From IMG/VR virus record IMGVR_UViG_3300026382_000001: 64,000 nucleotides of DNA. One strand, 5' to 3'. The stretch is from a virus (Duplodnaviria; Heunggongvirae; Uroviricota; Caudoviricetes). Of this stretch, positions 19,292-29,022 are shown piece after piece; the stretch's first letter is position 1; the number at the start of each line of letters is the position of its first letter. Under the pieces are notes generated by a model. The model was not told where the DNA came from and ran no database searches. It worked only from the letters and a program-made list of their open reading frames with translations. A program made the position numbers and the translations under genes.

Positions 19292-20995
19292 TTAGTTATA
19301 AAGTAAAATACTGTTATAATAATCTTGCGGATTATCTATTTCATCGGCTTCGGCCAAGATGTATTTACTTTTAATTAAATAATGAAAATTTGTACCTTCT
19401 GGAAAGGTTTCCAGTTTTGCGTTTTCTTCTAAGATATTGTTATCATCCAAATTACTTACTGGTATAATACAAAATCTAAATACCTTATTAGTAGTTAATT
19501 CATTATACATATTATTATACCAAGAATAAATTCCTGGAAATTCAACTTCGTTAAAAATACCACCATTAAAAAGAATATCTATATTCTCTTCCATAGTTTT
19601 TGTCGAATCTTGTTTTATTATAATCGTTTCAAATGTTAAATCTTTTTTAGCTTTTTCAGTAAATAAATAATTCAATGGTACAAATTTTTCTATATTTGTA
19701 TTATCGGTTAATGTTAATAAATCGGTGTATATTCTTTTTTTCCAAAATCCAATACCATTATAATTATTTTGTAAAATAGTTCCGAAATTAATTTCAGTTC
19801 CAAAAGATAATATTTTATATGGACTATGTATTAAAAGATTTTGTGAATCCAGAATAATAGTTTCTTTGATCGTAGCTGATTTAGAACCTATTTTTAAAAG
19901 ATCATCGCTTTCTATATCGATAAAACTTTCGGCCGTTAAAGTATTCAAAAGTGGTAATTTATTAATAATACCATTATTTAATTTTAAATCGATATCTGTA
20001 GTAATTTTATGTATTCCTATTTTAGTTTTTTTATAAACATTTGTAGGAATAGTTAATCCAAATATAAAATCTAAATTTAAAATATTTTCGTTAGTTTCTT
20101 TAGAAACAGTTTGAGAAACGTTTGTAAGTTCCATAGATGGTTCAAATTCTAATTTACCATAAGTATATAATTTATTACTATAAGTATTACTTGGTATGAT
20201 ATTTAACCCATAATAGGTATGTTCTTTTTTCCAAGTTTTAGTTACACTAGAAATATTTATATAGTTATAATATTTTGGGGTATATACGGTATAATTAAGA
20301 GGTATATGCGTATTTATATTACTAATATAATCTAGCATCTCGGCTGAACTTTCTAATGATAATTCAACTGATATATTAATATAATTATATTGTACTGAAG
20401 TAAAAATAACTTCGTCTAAATCTTCATTCTCGGCTATAATAATATTATTAGCTGGAGTTTTACCAAGACTCTGTCTAGATACATACTGAACGTTATCCAT
20501 TGGACGTACATCTATTAAATTAATTTTAGCAAACGGTAATTCATATGATGCTCCATCATAATAATCAAATGAAGACATAATCCGAGAACCATAATTAAAT
20601 GAAAAGTTTTTAATGTATTGTACTTGACCAGTTCGTGATTTATAACCTTTTGTTAAATGGGTACCTAAAAAATATTTTAGGTACTTAAAAAAGTTTATAT
20701 AAAAGTTATGATAATTATCAAATAAATTTACATCATTTATTCCTCGAACTTCTTCGTTATTATCAGGATTAATATATTCATCTATCTTTTCTAAAATTTC
20801 TTCTGGTAAAGATTCTTCTGGCAAATCTTCATCATTAATAGGAAGATTTAAAGCATTCGCTTTACCGGTAAAAGGATTTATTTCACTTTGATTATCATCT
20901 TTAATTTTTTTACTAATATTTTTTAAGTTAGCAATATCTTCTTCAGTATAAGTAACTTGACCAATATCATCAAACTCTACTCCTAAATTAGCCAT
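19292..20995 (-). CDS. putative virion protein, possibly tail completion/sheath stabiliser (gp15-like)
   Basis: weak resemblance (LPFAKINL...VQYNYINISVEL...MLDYI); structural-gene context. Confidence 0.3.
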   Translation of the reverse strand: MANLGVEFDDIGQVTYTEEDIANLKNISKKIKDDNQSEINPFTGKANALNLPINDEDLPEESLPEEILEKIDEYINPDNNEEVRGINDVNLFDNYHNFYINFFKYLKYFLGTHLTKGYKSRTGQVQYIKNFSFNYGSRIMSSFDYYDGASYELPFAKINLIDVRPMDNVQYVSRQSLGKTPANNIIIAENEDLDEVIFTSVQYNYINISVELSLESSAEMLDYISNINTHIPLNYTVYTPKYYNYINISSVTKTWKKEHTYYGLNIIPSNTYSNKLYTYGKLEFEPSMELTNVSQTVSKETNENILNLDFIFGLTIPTNVYKKTKIGIHKITTDIDLKLNNGIINKLPLLNTLTAESFIDIESDDLLKIGSKSATIKETIILDSQNLLIHSPYKILSFGTEINFGTILQNNYNGIGFWKKRIYTDLLTLTDNTNIEKFVPLNYLFTEKAKKDLTFETIIIKQDSTKTMEENIDILFNGGIFNEVEFPGIYSWYNNMYNELTTNKVFRFCIIPVSNLDDNNILEENAKLETFPEGTNFHYLIKSKYILAEADEIDNPQDYYNSILLYN

Positions 20996-20996
20996 A

Positions 20997-21449
20997 TTAT
21001 TCTCCTTTTAAATTTTCTAAAAATAAATTTATATTAGAAAAGTCTTTAGAAAAATATACAACTGTTTCAGCAGATACATTATTAAATGTTTTAGAAATAA
21101 TAAATATACTTGTATCTGGATAAGCTTTAGATGTATAATTAGAAATATTAATAAAAGTTGTATTTGTTTCAGTACTTTGAACTTGTTCAAAGTACGATAA
21201 AAATTCAGTAAGTTCATTTATATTTAAATTCAATTTTGTAAAATCTCTAATAATTCCTATATCCAATCCAAAATTTTTATTAAGATGCTCGAATGAAATA
21301 CTTATTCTATAATTTTTAGTATCTAAATGATTCCTTATAAAAAAATAAGGAATTGGATCTTCTTCGCGATTTTTGAATACATTGGTTCGTATTATTTGAA
21401 TTTCTTCATCGTCTTGAAATTCATATTTTGTTTTTATATTAAAATCCAT
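20997..21449 (-). CDS. hypothetical protein
   Basis: 150-aa ORF in operon context. Confidence 0.55.
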   Translation of the reverse strand: MDFNIKTKYEFQDDEEIQIIRTNVFKNREEDPIPYFFIRNHLDTKNYRISISFEHLNKNFGLDIGIIRDFTKLNLNINELTEFLSYFEQVQSTETNTTFINISNYTSKAYPDTSIFIISKTFNNVSAETVVYFSKDFSNINLFLENLKGE

Positions 21450-21458
21450 AATAACCCC

Positions 21459-23258
21459 TTAACCAATTTCGATATTAGTAAATAATTTATCGTTTAAATC
21501 AGAAGGTAAATTATATTTATCTTTAATACGTTGTACTTTTTGATCGTCTAAATCTTGTGTTTTTACTTTAAGTTTAGCTTCCGTAAGATTAATTAAAAAA
21601 GCATCTTTAATTCTATTTAAATCATTAGTACCAAGATTAACATTACTACCTTTAAGTTCTACGGCTGCAGTACTAAAGTGAGTATATATTCTTACTGTAT
21701 TTGGTTGAATTTTTAAAATAGGATAAGGGAATAATTGATTAATCATTATGTACTTATTAGAATCTAATTTAATGTATTTACCATGACTTGGATAAGGTAC
21801 TTTTAATTGAATTTCATAAGGTTTTTCGTAACCAAATTTAGTATTCTTTAATTTAACTTTATATATTTTAAATCTATTTTTGATATTATCTTCAAAATAT
21901 ATTTTAACATCTTGTACTTTTAGACCAGCATCTTTATCAATTTCTAAAGATTTAAATAAATCAAACATTGCCTCATCAAGTACTTCATTAAACTCAGTTT
22001 GCTGCTTATTATAACTAGTATAAGTTTCTATACCAGTAGCTTTAATTGGATCATAATATAAATTTTTAGGAAGATTAGCTCGTTGTACTTTAATACTACC
22101 ATTAAATTTAAAATTAATATCTTTAAGCATTTGTACTTCTTTTAAATACTTAGCAAATTTAGGATCTTTCTCCAAATCATTTAAAATTTTATCATGATGT
22201 AAACTATCTTTTTTAGTATTTTCATTTCCAGACGATTTAGAAGTATTTTTTGTAATAATTTCATTTGCTTGATTTAAAATATTATTTATTTTAATATCTG
22301 CTTTTGGATCTTTAATACCTTTATTAAGTTCTTTAACTTCTGTAAATTTATCTAAAAGTTCTTCTTTAATTTTTAAAGTTTTATCTTTAGATTTAATTTT
22401 AGTTCCATCAAATACTTTAATTTCTTTTACATCTTTTACATCTTTTACATCTTTTACATCTTCTACATCTTCATCTAAATTAAGACCAGCGCTTAATAAA
22501 TCTTTTTTATGTTCTTCTAAAAGCATTTTATTTATTTTATTCAATGCTTGAAGATTAATAACTAAGTTATCTCCATTCAATGAAGTTTTTATTTCGGTCA
22601 ATGGATAATAGTTATTTTTAACTTTAACCATAATTCCTTTAAAATGTGGAATACTAGTTAAATCAATTAAGGTATTTTTAATACGATAAAATTTTAAGAA
22701 CATATCTAAAATTTCTTTATTATCATAATCAGTTTCTAATAATAAATAAGTATCTTTTTTATAAAAAGTTTTATGATATTCTTTTATTATACTTAATAAA
22801 AGATTCATGAATTCATTAATAGCTTTAATTTCTGAAATACCAGAAACCGTTTTAAAAGATTCACCTAATGAAGTTAAATCATAAAAAGAACTTTTTTGAA
22901 GAATTTCAGTTTTGGTTAAAGGAATAGTTTTAAGTACTCTTCCAGAAATACTTTTTTTAGCAATGGTCGTTTTAAAAAATTTAGAATATTTTAGGGTACT
23001 TACTCTATGATTATAAAATACGAATGATGGGGGAATAATAAATGAATTAAAATATGTTTTATTTTTAGCATGAGCAAGGAAAGATAAACCATTAATATTG
23101 TTTTCATCTGAAGAATAATTAATACTAGTAACATTCGTAAAATATATTAAATTTATACCAGTTCCCGATTTACCAGAACTATCATTGGTTAAATTTTTAA
23201 AAGTTAATTCTTTTATTCCATTTAACCCAGTACTAGTAAATATTTTTTTAATTTCCAT
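21459..23258 (-). CDS. putative split RNA polymerase beta subunit, N-terminal fragment
   Basis: C-terminal LKVPYPSHGKYIKLDSNKYIMINQLFPYPILKIQPNTVRIYT resembles the RpoB IP...G.F.ING...VSQL..P region. Confidence 0.55.
   Translation of the reverse strand: MEIKKIFTSTGLNGIKELTFKNLTNDSSGKSGTGINLIYFTNVTSINYSSDENNINGLSFLAHAKNKTYFNSFIIPPSFVFYNHRVSTLKYSKFFKTTIAKKSISGRVLKTIPLTKTEILQKSSFYDLTSLGESFKTVSGISEIKAINEFMNLLLSIIKEYHKTFYKKDTYLLLETDYDNKEILDMFLKFYRIKNTLIDLTSIPHFKGIMVKVKNNYYPLTEIKTSLNGDNLVINLQALNKINKMLLEEHKKDLLSAGLNLDEDVEDVKDVKDVKDVKEIKVFDGTKIKSKDKTLKIKEELLDKFTEVKELNKGIKDPKADIKINNILNQANEIITKNTSKSSGNENTKKDSLHHDKILNDLEKDPKFAKYLKEVQMLKDINFKFNGSIKVQRANLPKNLYYDPIKATGIETYTSYNKQQTEFNEVLDEAMFDLFKSLEIDKDAGLKVQDVKIYFEDNIKNRFKIYKVKLKNTKFGYEKPYEIQLKVPYPSHGKYIKLDSNKYIMINQLFPYPILKIQPNTVRIYTHFSTAAVELKGSNVNLGTNDLNRIKDAFLINLTEAKLKVKTQDLDDQKVQRIKDKYNLPSDLNDKLFTNIEIG
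22424..22469. repeat. 9-bp coding tandem repeat (DVK units)
   Basis: CTTTTACAT x4 plus a degenerate copy. Confidence 0.85.
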
Positions 23259-23290
23259 TTTTATTCCTTTAAATTTTAAATTATTTTATT

Positions 23291-24397
23291 TTATCTAATT
23301 CCTATTAAAGAATTTTGTTGTTGATGTTGGACTTGTTGTTGTGAAGGAGCTTGAGAATTTGGAGTATCAGAAAGATTTTCACCATAACTATTTAAATTAT
23401 TTTCATCTTCTTTTTCTTTAGCTTCTTTAGCTGCTTTATGAGCAGATGCTAATTTAGATGCACCAACCGCGGCTAAACCACTACCAGTAACGGCCCCAAT
23501 TCCAGTACCAATATTGCTATATTTATTTAAGTATTGTTGTTTTGATTCTGGAGTTTTTAATCTTGTTAAAGTATCATCCGTTTGTTGAATAGCTTTATTA
23601 GCCTGTGTTATATCATGATCAAGTTTTTCTCTTACTATTGGTAATTGATTGGTATTGTATTTAGCCACATCTCGTGGATCAATATTATCATTTAATTCGC
23701 TTACTACATTAGCTTTTTTAACAATATCATCTATTCTAGCTCTATTTTGTAAATTAGCTTCAGATGGCTGATTTAGATCATCGTTAGAGAATATTCTTGA
23801 GAAGAATGAACTTTCAGGAACCTTATTAGAACCAATGATATCTTTAACTTCACCTCCACTTCTAAAATCACCAAGAAATTTAGTATTTGAATGTAAAGCA
23901 TCTTGTAAAGCTGTTTTATTAGCATTATAGTTATCTAAAATTCTAGAAGTTGCTTGAGCTCCTTCAGTAGTATTTGCCCCAAATTTAGATTTAATTTCAG
24001 CAAGTGCTTTATCTTTTTCAGCTTCTATATCGGCCATAATTTTATCCACTCCATCCGTTCTAATCAAATGTTCATCTATAGTTAAACCTGCTTTTGGATT
24101 AAAATTTTCCAAAGAATCTTTAGAAGATTGTAAATTCTCTAATTGGGATTGCTGAAGAGATTTGCTATTTACATTATCCATTATATCTTCGGTATGTGCT
24201 GAATCTCCGTATTGATTACCTAAATCATGACCAAGATATCCAAGCCCAGCTGCTCCAAGAATACCAGCTGCACCAATACCAAGATTAATTTTATTTCTTT
24301 CAAAAAATCCTGGTTCTTTTGGTTTACTTAAAAAATCCTCAGAACTTTCTTGTATTAATTTATTAATAGTTTTTAAATCCTCAAATTTTATTTTCAT
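23291..24397 (-). CDS. putative internal head/ejection protein with two glycine-zipper hydrophobic segments (start revised to 24397)
   Basis: AAGGA SD before ATG 24397; LIQES motif; LGIGAAGILGAAGLGYLG and IGTGIGAVTGSGLAAVGA. Confidence 0.55.
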   Translation of the reverse strand: MKIKFEDLKTINKLIQESSEDFLSKPKEPGFFERNKINLGIGAAGILGAAGLGYLGHDLGNQYGDSAHTEDIMDNVNSKSLQQSQLENLQSSKDSLENFNPKAGLTIDEHLIRTDGVDKIMADIEAEKDKALAEIKSKFGANTTEGAQATSRILDNYNANKTALQDALHSNTKFLGDFRSGGEVKDIIGSNKVPESSFFSRIFSNDDLNQPSEANLQNRARIDDIVKKANVVSELNDNIDPRDVAKYNTNQLPIVREKLDHDITQANKAIQQTDDTLTRLKTPESKQQYLNKYSNIGTGIGAVTGSGLAAVGASKLASAHKAAKEAKEKEDENNLNSYGENLSDTPNSQAPSQQQVQHQQQNSLIGIR

Positions 24398-24398
24398 T

Positions 24399-25124
24399 TT
24401 ATTTTCCTTCATTTTCTTTAATTTTTGAATATTTATTAGTAATAATATTTTCCAAATAACTATCATCCAATTTTTTATTTTTATCTGTTATTTTAGTCAT
24501 TAAATATTTATTAGTATATCCATAACTGAACCCCATAATATTACTAAAATTATGAGAAGATTTAGTAAAATCTATAGCATATTTTTTAGAGTACTTTTTA
24601 TTAGTTAATCTAATTGGGGTAAGTTTACCATTAACAGATTCTGCAAATACTTGAGTTAAAATAGTTTCGATATTAAATATATCGATATTGGTAACACCCG
24701 ATAACTGATTATATATACTAAGTACTAATTCATATATATCATCGGAAATATATTTAATTCTATTCTGGAACAGTGCTGATAATACATCGATATTAGTATT
24801 TTTATTTTTAAAATGTGCTGTAAATATAGTATCTCCAGGCATAAATTTAAAAATTAATTCTTTAGAATTTTTACCATTACTAACATTATGTTTATAAAGA
24901 TTTACATTGTAAGGTAATGTAAATTGAATACTATTTAAATCATTAGGAAATACTATTTCAAAGAATCCATGAATATTAAGTACTAGTTCATTATCATTAT
25001 CTTCATTTTCGACTATTTCTTCTGAAACATTTTTATACTCTTCTAAATTGATAATTATTAAACATTCTTTTTTTGCTTTAATTTCATTTTTAGTAATATC
25101 TAAATACTTAGATTGATCCTTCAT
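24399..25124 (-). CDS. putative split RNA polymerase beta-prime subunit, C-terminal fragment
   Basis: IDIFNIETILTQV...PIRL...SNIMGFSYG....L...DSYLENII resembles RpoC HIEVIVRQM...SF.SAASFQ...L.ENVI. Confidence 0.45.
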   Translation of the reverse strand: MKDQSKYLDITKNEIKAKKECLIIINLEEYKNVSEEIVENEDNDNELVLNIHGFFEIVFPNDLNSIQFTLPYNVNLYKHNVSNGKNSKELIFKFMPGDTIFTAHFKNKNTNIDVLSALFQNRIKYISDDIYELVLSIYNQLSGVTNIDIFNIETILTQVFAESVNGKLTPIRLTNKKYSKKYAIDFTKSSHNFSNIMGFSYGYTNKYLMTKITDKNKKLDDSYLENIITNKYSKIKENEGK

Positions 25125-25191
25125 TTATTTTCCTTTTATTTAATTATATTCTTAATAAGATCTTATCATCGGATAAGATCCTATAAAAATA

Positions 25192-25716
25192 CTAACGAGA
25201 AAAAACTAATCCATAAACAGTACTTTCATCTTTATATGAAGGACCTTTATCAGATAAGAATTTTTTTTCTTTAGTTTTTTCGTCTGGTTTTCTAGCAGTT
25301 AATGGTATATCATCGTATGCTAGTTCAGCTTCGTCTTTTTGTTGAACTAATTTAACTCTAGCAGCAATCGCTTCTTGAAGTTCTTTAGCTTTAGCTTCTT
25401 TAGCTATTGTAGCTTCAGCACTTGCTGCTTCTAATTCAAGTTTCGCAGCTTCTTGTACTTCAGTAGCTGCTGAAATAGTTTCTTCATCACCAGCTTCTTT
25501 AGCTTCTTCTAATTTTTTAGCAGCTTCTGCTTCTTTAGCTGCTTTAGCTTCAGCTTCTTTAAGAGCTTTCTCTTCTGCTTCTTTAGCTGCTTTAGCCTCT
25601 GCTTCTTCTTTAGCTAATTGAGCTTCTGCCTCGTTTGCCTCTTGTTTTTCTTTTTCTGCTAATTCGATAGCTGCTTGAGCGTCTTCGACTTCTACATCTT
25701 TTTTCTTACGTGCCAT
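25192..25716 (-). CDS. Ala/Glu/Lys-rich coiled-coil protein
   Basis: EAEAKAAKEAE repeats. Confidence 0.65.
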   Translation of the reverse strand: MARKKKDVEVEDAQAAIELAEKEKQEANEAEAQLAKEEAEAKAAKEAEEKALKEAEAKAAKEAEAAKKLEEAKEAGDEETISAATEVQEAAKLELEAASAEATIAKEAKAKELQEAIAARVKLVQQKDEAELAYDDIPLTARKPDEKTKEKKFLSDKGPSYKDESTVYGLVFSR

Positions 25717-25738
25717 ATTATAATCCTTATTTTTAATA

Positions 25739-25750
25739 TATTTCTTTGTT
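25739..25750 (-). promoter_or_regulatory. putative phage promoter, AACA-N6-TA (AACAAAGAAATA)
   Basis: about 23 nt upstream of the ATG at 25716. Confidence 0.45.
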
Positions 25751-25760
25751 TTGTTTGTAA

Positions 25761-26648
25761 TTAAATACTATTGAACTCTTTTTTCAATATTTTTTCAATA
25801 ATATTAAAATTATTATACTCTATTCGAATAATTCTTATATCGTTTTTAATACAATACTCTGTTTTAATTTTATCCCGTTCTTGAGTTTTCAAGAATCCTT
25901 CTAAACCACCAAAATATTCCACTGGTTTATAATGCTGAATACCATCATACTCAATGACAGTATTTAAATCTTCTAAATAAAAATCAAATCTATAATTCTC
26001 AAAGAGTTTAACTTCTTGAGAGTACTTAATATTATTCTCTTCTAGAAATTCTCTAATTTTTCTTTCACCTTTAGATTCTTTAATTTCTGTAGCGCATTTA
26101 GGACATCCAGAACCAGAAAAATGATCTTTAACAACTTGGTTAAATTCTCCATGAATATTACATATAATTTTTACTTTATCATTTGTCGTTTTAAATTTAA
26201 TTTTTTCATAATTATAAGTATCTCCATGAATTTTTTTAAATCTTTTAATAATTTCAATTGTATTTAATAATTGGCATTTAGGACAACCATTACCAATACG
26301 GTGAGAATAAGGTAATTGTAAAAATTCACCATGTTCTCGACATATAATTTTTATTTTTATTTCGGCATTGATATAATTAACTTTGGAATAATTGTATTTA
26401 TCTCCATGAATTTTTTTAAAATCTTCTATAATTTCAAATGTGGTATAATTATAATTCTTAGAGCATTTTGGACAACCATGTCCTTTAAAGTGATTATATG
26501 GAGTTTGTAAAAATTCATTATGTTTTGAACAATTTATAATTACTTTATTATTTATTCCAGTATAAATAACTTTACTATAATTGTATTTATCTTTATGAAC
26601 TTTTTTAAATCTTTTTAAAATTTCTTCTTGTGTTAATTTTTTAGGCAT
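25761..26648 (-). CDS. homing-type endonuclease with three zinc-ribbon repeats and PD-(D/E)XK domain (start revised to MPKKLTQ)
   Basis: 3 x CxxHxEF.Q....H..G.GCPKC; nuclease domain nearly identical in DNA to 17425..18150. Confidence 0.8.
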   Translation of the reverse strand: MPKKLTQEEILKRFKKVHKDKYNYSKVIYTGINNKVIINCSKHNEFLQTPYNHFKGHGCPKCSKNYNYTTFEIIEDFKKIHGDKYNYSKVNYINAEIKIKIICREHGEFLQLPYSHRIGNGCPKCQLLNTIEIIKRFKKIHGDTYNYEKIKFKTTNDKVKIICNIHGEFNQVVKDHFSGSGCPKCATEIKESKGERKIREFLEENNIKYSQEVKLFENYRFDFYLEDLNTVIEYDGIQHYKPVEYFGGLEGFLKTQERDKIKTEYCIKNDIRIIRIEYNNFNIIEKILKKEFNSI

Positions 26649-26656
26649 AATAAATC

Positions 26657-27502
26657 TTAGTTCAAAAACCAAATATATGATTCTGGTGGTAACTCATCTA
26701 ATTCTTGTAAAGTTTTTTCTCTAAGTTGCATACCTTCTTGAAACATTTCATCAGCGTTGATATCAACCTGCGACTGAGGTGTATTAAAGCTAGAAAATTT
26801 TTTACGAATTCTACCTATTGATATAAATAATGTAGCTAATGCTAAATCTCTTAATAAATGATAAACGTCTGGATCAACAGTACTTGGATCTTTATGAATA
26901 CAATTTAATTCTACTATAAAATCTAAAACGGAACCATAATTATTACTACCACGTACAATTTGTAATTTATCCGGAGCAAAGAATTTCCAAGTATCTTGAG
27001 ATATAAAATCTTTAGACATACTAAACGAATTTTGGGCAATTAACATATCAGTTAAATCTCCAGAAGTCTGCTGAAGATTATAATATTGTGTAATATCCAT
27101 TACTGTTGGTTTTCTAATTAGTCTATTAACATTCATAATTTTGTATTTAAAATTTTTAAATTGAAACACTAATGCTGGACTTCTGGAAATAATATTCTCA
27201 TATTCATACATTACATAATATCTTATAAGAGGAATATATCTACTAAATTCTGGAAGAACGTGTTCCTCAATAATACCAATTATTTCTTCATCCGTAAATT
27301 CTACATTATTCACAGTACTTCCAAGATTTAATTTAATATATGATAAAAGATTTTCCCAATTACTCCAAGTAATACTAAAATTGGATTCATCCGTATTATT
27401 TTCTATATCATCTACAAATGTATCAAATTGATCTAAGTTAACACATTCTTCTTCAATCTTAGTTAAATTATTAACTAAGTCGGTTTCTGTAATGGTTGCC
27501 AT
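26657..27502 (-). CDS. neck/head-completion protein (T4 gp13-like)
   Basis: YIKLNLGS.VNNVEFTDEEI; LALATLFISIGRIRKKF; INADEMFQEG. Confidence 0.72.
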   Translation of the reverse strand: MATITETDLVNNLTKIEEECVNLDQFDTFVDDIENNTDESNFSITWSNWENLLSYIKLNLGSTVNNVEFTDEEIIGIIEEHVLPEFSRYIPLIRYYVMYEYENIISRSPALVFQFKNFKYKIMNVNRLIRKPTVMDITQYYNLQQTSGDLTDMLIAQNSFSMSKDFISQDTWKFFAPDKLQIVRGSNNYGSVLDFIVELNCIHKDPSTVDPDVYHLLRDLALATLFISIGRIRKKFSSFNTPQSQVDINADEMFQEGMQLREKTLQELDELPPESYIWFLN

Positions 27503-27505
27503 TAA

Positions 27506-28171
27506 TTATCCTTTTCTTTTTTTTTGATAATTTATTTTTTTAGCCGCTAAAGCCAATTCTTTTTTTTCTTTAGCTAATATCTTTCGTTGATGTTCTTGTT
27601 TTCTAAAACCATCAATTTTTTTAGCATATCCTGGATTTTCATCTCTAGATGCAATAAATATTTTATTACCTAAATTAAATTCTTCTATAATTTCTTCTTT
27701 ATCTTTTGAAGATTTTTTCTTAGTTGTTCCGAGTCCACCGTTACTAGGATAAGAATCCTTTACCATAGTTCCAAAACCACCCATTGGCACAATAGGACTT
27801 CCACCAATACTTACCGCAGCTCCTTCCATCTCTTGAAAGACTTGTACATTTTTAGCCGAGGTATTAGGATCTATTATAGAAAATACACTTTCGTTAAGCA
27901 TTGATTTTTTAATCCCAGCTCTTTTTAACATATCTTTTAACATCCCAGTTTTTTTTAATTTTAGTATACTTTTGTATAAATCATCTGAATCTTTTAAAAC
28001 GTCTTTCATCCCAGTAGCTTTTAAAGATAATCGTTTTTGTAATAAATTATGCTTTGATTCTCCAGCGTCTAAAGGATATGAACCTTGTTTTGATAAAGCT
28101 TCTTTTTGAAAATCTATTGTACCAGAACCATTTTTATTAATTGCAAGTATTTGTGCTTGAGTTACACCCAT
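27506..28171 (-). CDS. hypothetical protein, possibly an internal head protein
   Basis: MLNES, VFQE and IIEE motifs; basic. Confidence 0.5.
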   Translation of the reverse strand: MGVTQAQILAINKNGSGTIDFQKEALSKQGSYPLDAGESKHNLLQKRLSLKATGMKDVLKDSDDLYKSILKLKKTGMLKDMLKRAGIKKSMLNESVFSIIDPNTSAKNVQVFQEMEGAAVSIGGSPIVPMGGFGTMVKDSYPSNGGLGTTKKKSSKDKEEIIEEFNLGNKIFIASRDENPGYAKKIDGFRKQEHQRKILAKEKKELALAAKKINYQKKRKG

Positions 28172-28240
28172 ATTATTTCCTTAGATTTTTAATATTATTT
28201 AGTTTAAATAGTAAATATCCGTATTTAAAAATATTAGAAA

Positions 28241-28495
28241 AACTATTAATAGTTAACTATTCATAGTGTCAACTAACCTACTATAGCCAGTTATTTCAAA
28301 AAGACAAAAAATTTTAAAACCTAAAATTTAAGAAATAGTTAAATTTTCAATCCTTTATAACACCGGAAAATAGGGGACTTGGTTTTTGATTTTAAGTTTA
28401 TTTTAAAATCTGTTAGCTAGAGATTTTAAAAACAAACAACTATTAATAGTTAACTATTAATACCACGCACTATGAATAGTTAACTATTAATAGTT
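28241..28495. repeat. palindromic repeat cluster 3; 255-bp segment bounded by perfect 28-bp inverted repeats in the divergent intergenic region
   Basis: 28241-28268 is the reverse complement of 28468-28495; cores at 28248, 28445 and 28475. Confidence 0.88.
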
Positions 28496-28551
28496 ATCTT
28501 GTAATATTTAATATAGATATAATAAAGATATAATAAAATTAAAGGAAAATT

Positions 28552-29022
28552 ATGGAAAGAGAAAACACAGTAATTAAAATATATTCTGAAACTGGAAGAA
28601 TACCAGAATACGGTACGGCTAACAGCGCAGCCTTTGATATAGAAGCTAAGGAAGAAATTAAGTGGAAAACTTATCAGGATTACCACGTCGCAACAATTAG
28701 TACTGGTTTATATACATCATTCGATGATAAATATGTTTTAAAAATTTATCCAAGATCTGGTTTAGGATTCAAGTATCAAATGGGATTGGCAAATACGATT
28801 GGAATTATAGATAGTGATTATAGAGGAGAAATAATGGTAAAATTGGTAGTTCCAAGTACAATACCAACTGAATTATTACCAACTGAAGCAGGATCTAGAA
28901 TTGCTCAAGCTATTTTAGAAGAAATTCCAAGAGTTTATTTTAAAACATTAACGAAAGAAGAATTCGACAAAGAAAAAAATACTGAGCGAGGAGAAGGTGG
29001 TTTTGGAAGCACCGGATTATAA
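28552..29022 (+). CDS. dut: trimeric dUTPase
   Basis: all five motifs present: AAFDI, PRSG, GIIDSDYRGEI, RIAQ, RGEGGFGSTG. Confidence 0.95.
   Translation: MERENTVIKIYSETGRIPEYGTANSAAFDIEAKEEIKWKTYQDYHVATISTGLYTSFDDKYVLKIYPRSGLGFKYQMGLANTIGIIDSDYRGEIMVKLVVPSTIPTELLPTEAGSRIAQAILEEIPRVYFKTLTKEEFDKEKNTERGEGGFGSTGL

Noticed and set aside
9291-25180. Hairpins at about 9291-9318 and 25159-25180 as members of the TTTCCTGTC family
   Set aside because: Stems are present after stop codons but the conserved motif is absent; they may be ordinary terminators or stabilising hairpins
17537-26082. Near-identical repeats as a DGR template/variable pair
   Set aside because: Mismatches are not confined to adenines of one copy, both copies lie in full ORFs, and no reverse transcriptase is visible
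28499-28534. Sigma70 promoter for dut (two TATAAT boxes)
   Set aside because: No correctly spaced -35 box, and TATAAT is uninformative at this AT content
28552-29022. dCTP deaminase or uracil-DNA phage
   Set aside because: All five trimeric dUTPase motifs, including the C-terminal RGxxGFGSTG, are intact
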